Made by a program: the position numbers and the translations under genes | NCBI RefSeq assembly: GCF_001194135.2 | Contig: NC_069000.1 | Location: 32,671,959 to 32,722,757 of the forward strand | From: Octopus bimaculoides | Taxonomy: Eukaryota | Length of the DNA: 50,799 nucleotides | Reading direction: 5' to 3' | Shown here: piece by piece, positions 48,380-50,799 of the stretch | Layout of the letters: the number at the start of each line of letters is the position of its first letter | How positions within the stretch are numbered: position 1 is the first letter of the stretch | Notes under the pieces: generated by a model | Told to the model about the DNA's origin: nothing | The model's database searches: none | What the model saw: the letters and a program-made list of their open reading frames with translations, nothing else

Positions 48380-49764
48380 GGAGACAGCAGACCAATGACA
48401 CTTTCGACCTTGTCAGTTTGGTTTCTACCGTGAAGTATGGAGGTTGCTCTATAATGATGTGACAGCTATATCACAGAATTCTCTTGGCTCTTTAATTATT
48501 CTACATGGTAGTGTTAACGCCAAGAATTTTCGGAGTATTTCGGTGGATACTCTCCATCTTGTGCTACAAACACTTTTTACTTGTGGCAGTACAAATTTCC
48601 GAGACAATAATGCACCGATTCATACGGCTAGTTATTCAAAATTGGTACGAAGTGTACAAAAGTGAAGAAGTGTACCATTCGAATAGGCTTCCACCGTCGC
48701 CAAATTTCAATATAATCGAACATTTATGGTGCATTTTGGAGCAGTAAGTGAGAATCCACCTCCATCCACTATCGTTACTGAAAGAGCGAAAGCAGGTTAG
48801 AATTGAAACATGGTTCAAAAACTCCCTTAACAACCATTTAAAACGTGTACGAATCAATTCTTCGGTATATTATAGCTGTGATTGATGACAAACGCCGTAT
48901 TAAATAATATATCTACCATTTCATAAGCTGTTTCCATCATTTTGTCCACCTTCTGTATATAACGACCGAATATCTTGGAGACGAATGCAGATTTTGTTCT
49001 TATAGATGTTTTTTAGAATTGCCTTTTGACACAAAAGATTTTGTAATGATTTTTTGTATGTGGTGTTACATGCCAAACATTATATTATACAGTTAAACAA
49101 AGTTGAAGTATCTGCTTTTAGCACGCTCCGCTTATCAAGATTTTCAGCGCGCGTTACGTGTGCCGTTGGAGTTTCGAAAATTCCCTCCAGTCTATTCTTG
49201 AGTTTTCTTGATTTATTAATGCCTTTGTGCATTTAGCAAACCTAAGATTTACATTTTTCACCATTTCTGTTTTAGCTTTTTATTTCTCTTATATATCTTA
49301 AAACTAATCTGTCAAAATATTCCCTCGGCGTTCCTGCAAATGCCAATGCAACCTGACATATTTATAAGGTCCAACCTTACAATAATATCTAAGGGAAAAA
49401 AAAACAATCAAAGCCTTATTAACATTTCAGTCTTCCCCCTCTGTATCACATTCTGATATGCCACTTACAATAAAATTGTTGTCCACTTCTCCATTTCTCT
49501 CCAATTTAACTACACCATAGTATGTTGTTGTTCATTAATAACTGTTTTAAGTGAAATCAATATCAGCAGATTGACGATTGATAATAGACTTTGGTGTTAA
49601 TATTTCCCGTTGTAAATTTTGTTAGAAGTCTGAAGGAAGGTCAATAGGTAATTTTTCAAGTTACTCTGCTAATATGTCGGCCGTAAGCAGTTCTGTGTTT
49701 CAGTTGCATCTCGGAGGCATATTTCCGTATCTAGTTACTGGATCTAGTTACTTTTGTGTCTAGA

Positions 49765-50190
49765 TACTAAATGAGGAAATTATCAGCATATCTGATCGAG
49801 AAACAATCACTTACAAAAGCATTGATTCCTACGGCGATGGAGACATTCTGTTGAATTACGCAATGACGTTTCTAAGCAGCTGTAACTTTGGTGAATTGCC
49901 TTCCACACATACTTTGAACTTGAAAAGAAGTTATGATGTAATACTATTGTGAAATTTAAATAGAGCTAATGGACTCTATAATGGAACAAGAATTCAAAGA
50001 AACCATTTACATAAATGTATGATTGATGGTGACATTGTTACAGAAGGTGAACATTACGTTAAACATGTCATTATGCTAAACTATTAAACTAAGACTATGA
50101 CATCAATATGCCATTCATATATGTGCGATTACAACTTCCACTTGGAATGGCTTCGTAATGTCAGCAAGTGAGTCAAATAGAGTTGTTCTT
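49765..50190 (+). mobile_element. Helitron PIF1-family helicase relic
   Basis: TYKSIDS..YAMTFLSS..LPSTHTLNLK..ILL*NLN..GLYNGTR..PF..RLQLPL matches the Helitron helicase pattern (YLSxD..YPxEFLN..LPPHxLxLK..LLRNL..GLCNGTR..RQFP). Confidence 0.85.
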
Positions 50191-50524
50191 CTCAGTAGCG
50201 CATGGATGGTAGAAGAGGCCTGTCCAAAAACGAACCGGACTATTAAAACAGCGCGCCAACCAGATGGCGTACAGTGATACAGTCTCTTATCGAGATAGAT
50301 ATCAGTGGATATCAAACTTCACAAATCAAAATGAAGGTAGCTTATGTGCACTTAGTGTTTTGCCGCAAGTTCACCAATGATGGTTTTAGAAGTATAACAC
50401 ATTTTTATTTGAAATTTTGTTTCAAATTGAAAAAAAAAGGAGGTATCTCAATTTGTCTTCGTGGCTTTTGGAAGGAGGATGTTTTCGGAATGTTTATTTG
50501 AGATATCTTTACAATTTTGAATCT

Positions 50525-50761
50525 CTGTGTGTGTATATAATTGTATTTATGCATGTGTGTATGTACGTACGTACGCACGTATGTATCTATGTATGAATGT
50601 AAGTATGTAGGAATGTGTATGATCATGTGTGTATTTGTATGTATGAATGTGTGTAAGCATATGTGTGTGATTATTATTGTACCAAAGCACATGTGATACA
50701 TAATAAATTTCCCTCTCTTTATAAATATGTATACATACACACACAAACACACACACATATG

Positions 50762-50799
<38 letters not shown>
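50525..50799. repeat. Degenerate (TATG/TG/TA)n microsatellite
   Basis: Direct sequence. Confidence 0.9.

Larger units (their letters stand above)
47040..48955 (+). mobile_element. Tc1-family (DDE) transposon relic with both TIRs and TA duplications
   Basis: TA|CAAGGGTTGTACAAAATAATAGAAAC ... GTTTCCATCATTTTGTCCACCTTCTG|TA; TKTIRRELHK..AAITKPL, KWENVIFSDDS, TVKYGG, FRDNNAPIHTA, SPNFNIIEHLW. Confidence 0.9.

Overview
Eukaryotic, AT-rich, repeat-saturated genomic DNA with 12 assembly gaps, nearly all next to microsatellites. The SINE families and the dense (TG)n/(TA)n/(GA)n/(AAT)n/(GATA)n microsatellites point to a coleoid cephalopod, probably Octopus (inference, not verified). I recognise no intact host protein-coding gene, and most long ORFs in the track are microsatellite or N-gap artefacts. 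The window is a transposon graveyard: two mariner/maT relics, a Tc1 relic with a nested RTE-derived insert, an internally deleted Ty3/Gypsy element, Tx1/L1, RTE, L2/CR1 and Penelope-like fragments, a Helitron PIF1-helicase relic, a piggyBac-type MITE and more than 15 tRNA-derived SINEs. The most interesting signals are: (i) a tRNA-headed element carrying a minimal hammerhead ribozyme with Penelope-like end structure; (ii) an inverted duplication of a mosaic RTE block with an apparent gene-conversion tract; (iii) an inverted SINE cluster flanking a quasi-palindromic minisatellite; (iv) a few isolated exon-like segments with strong splice signals that may belong to an unrecognised long-intron gene.
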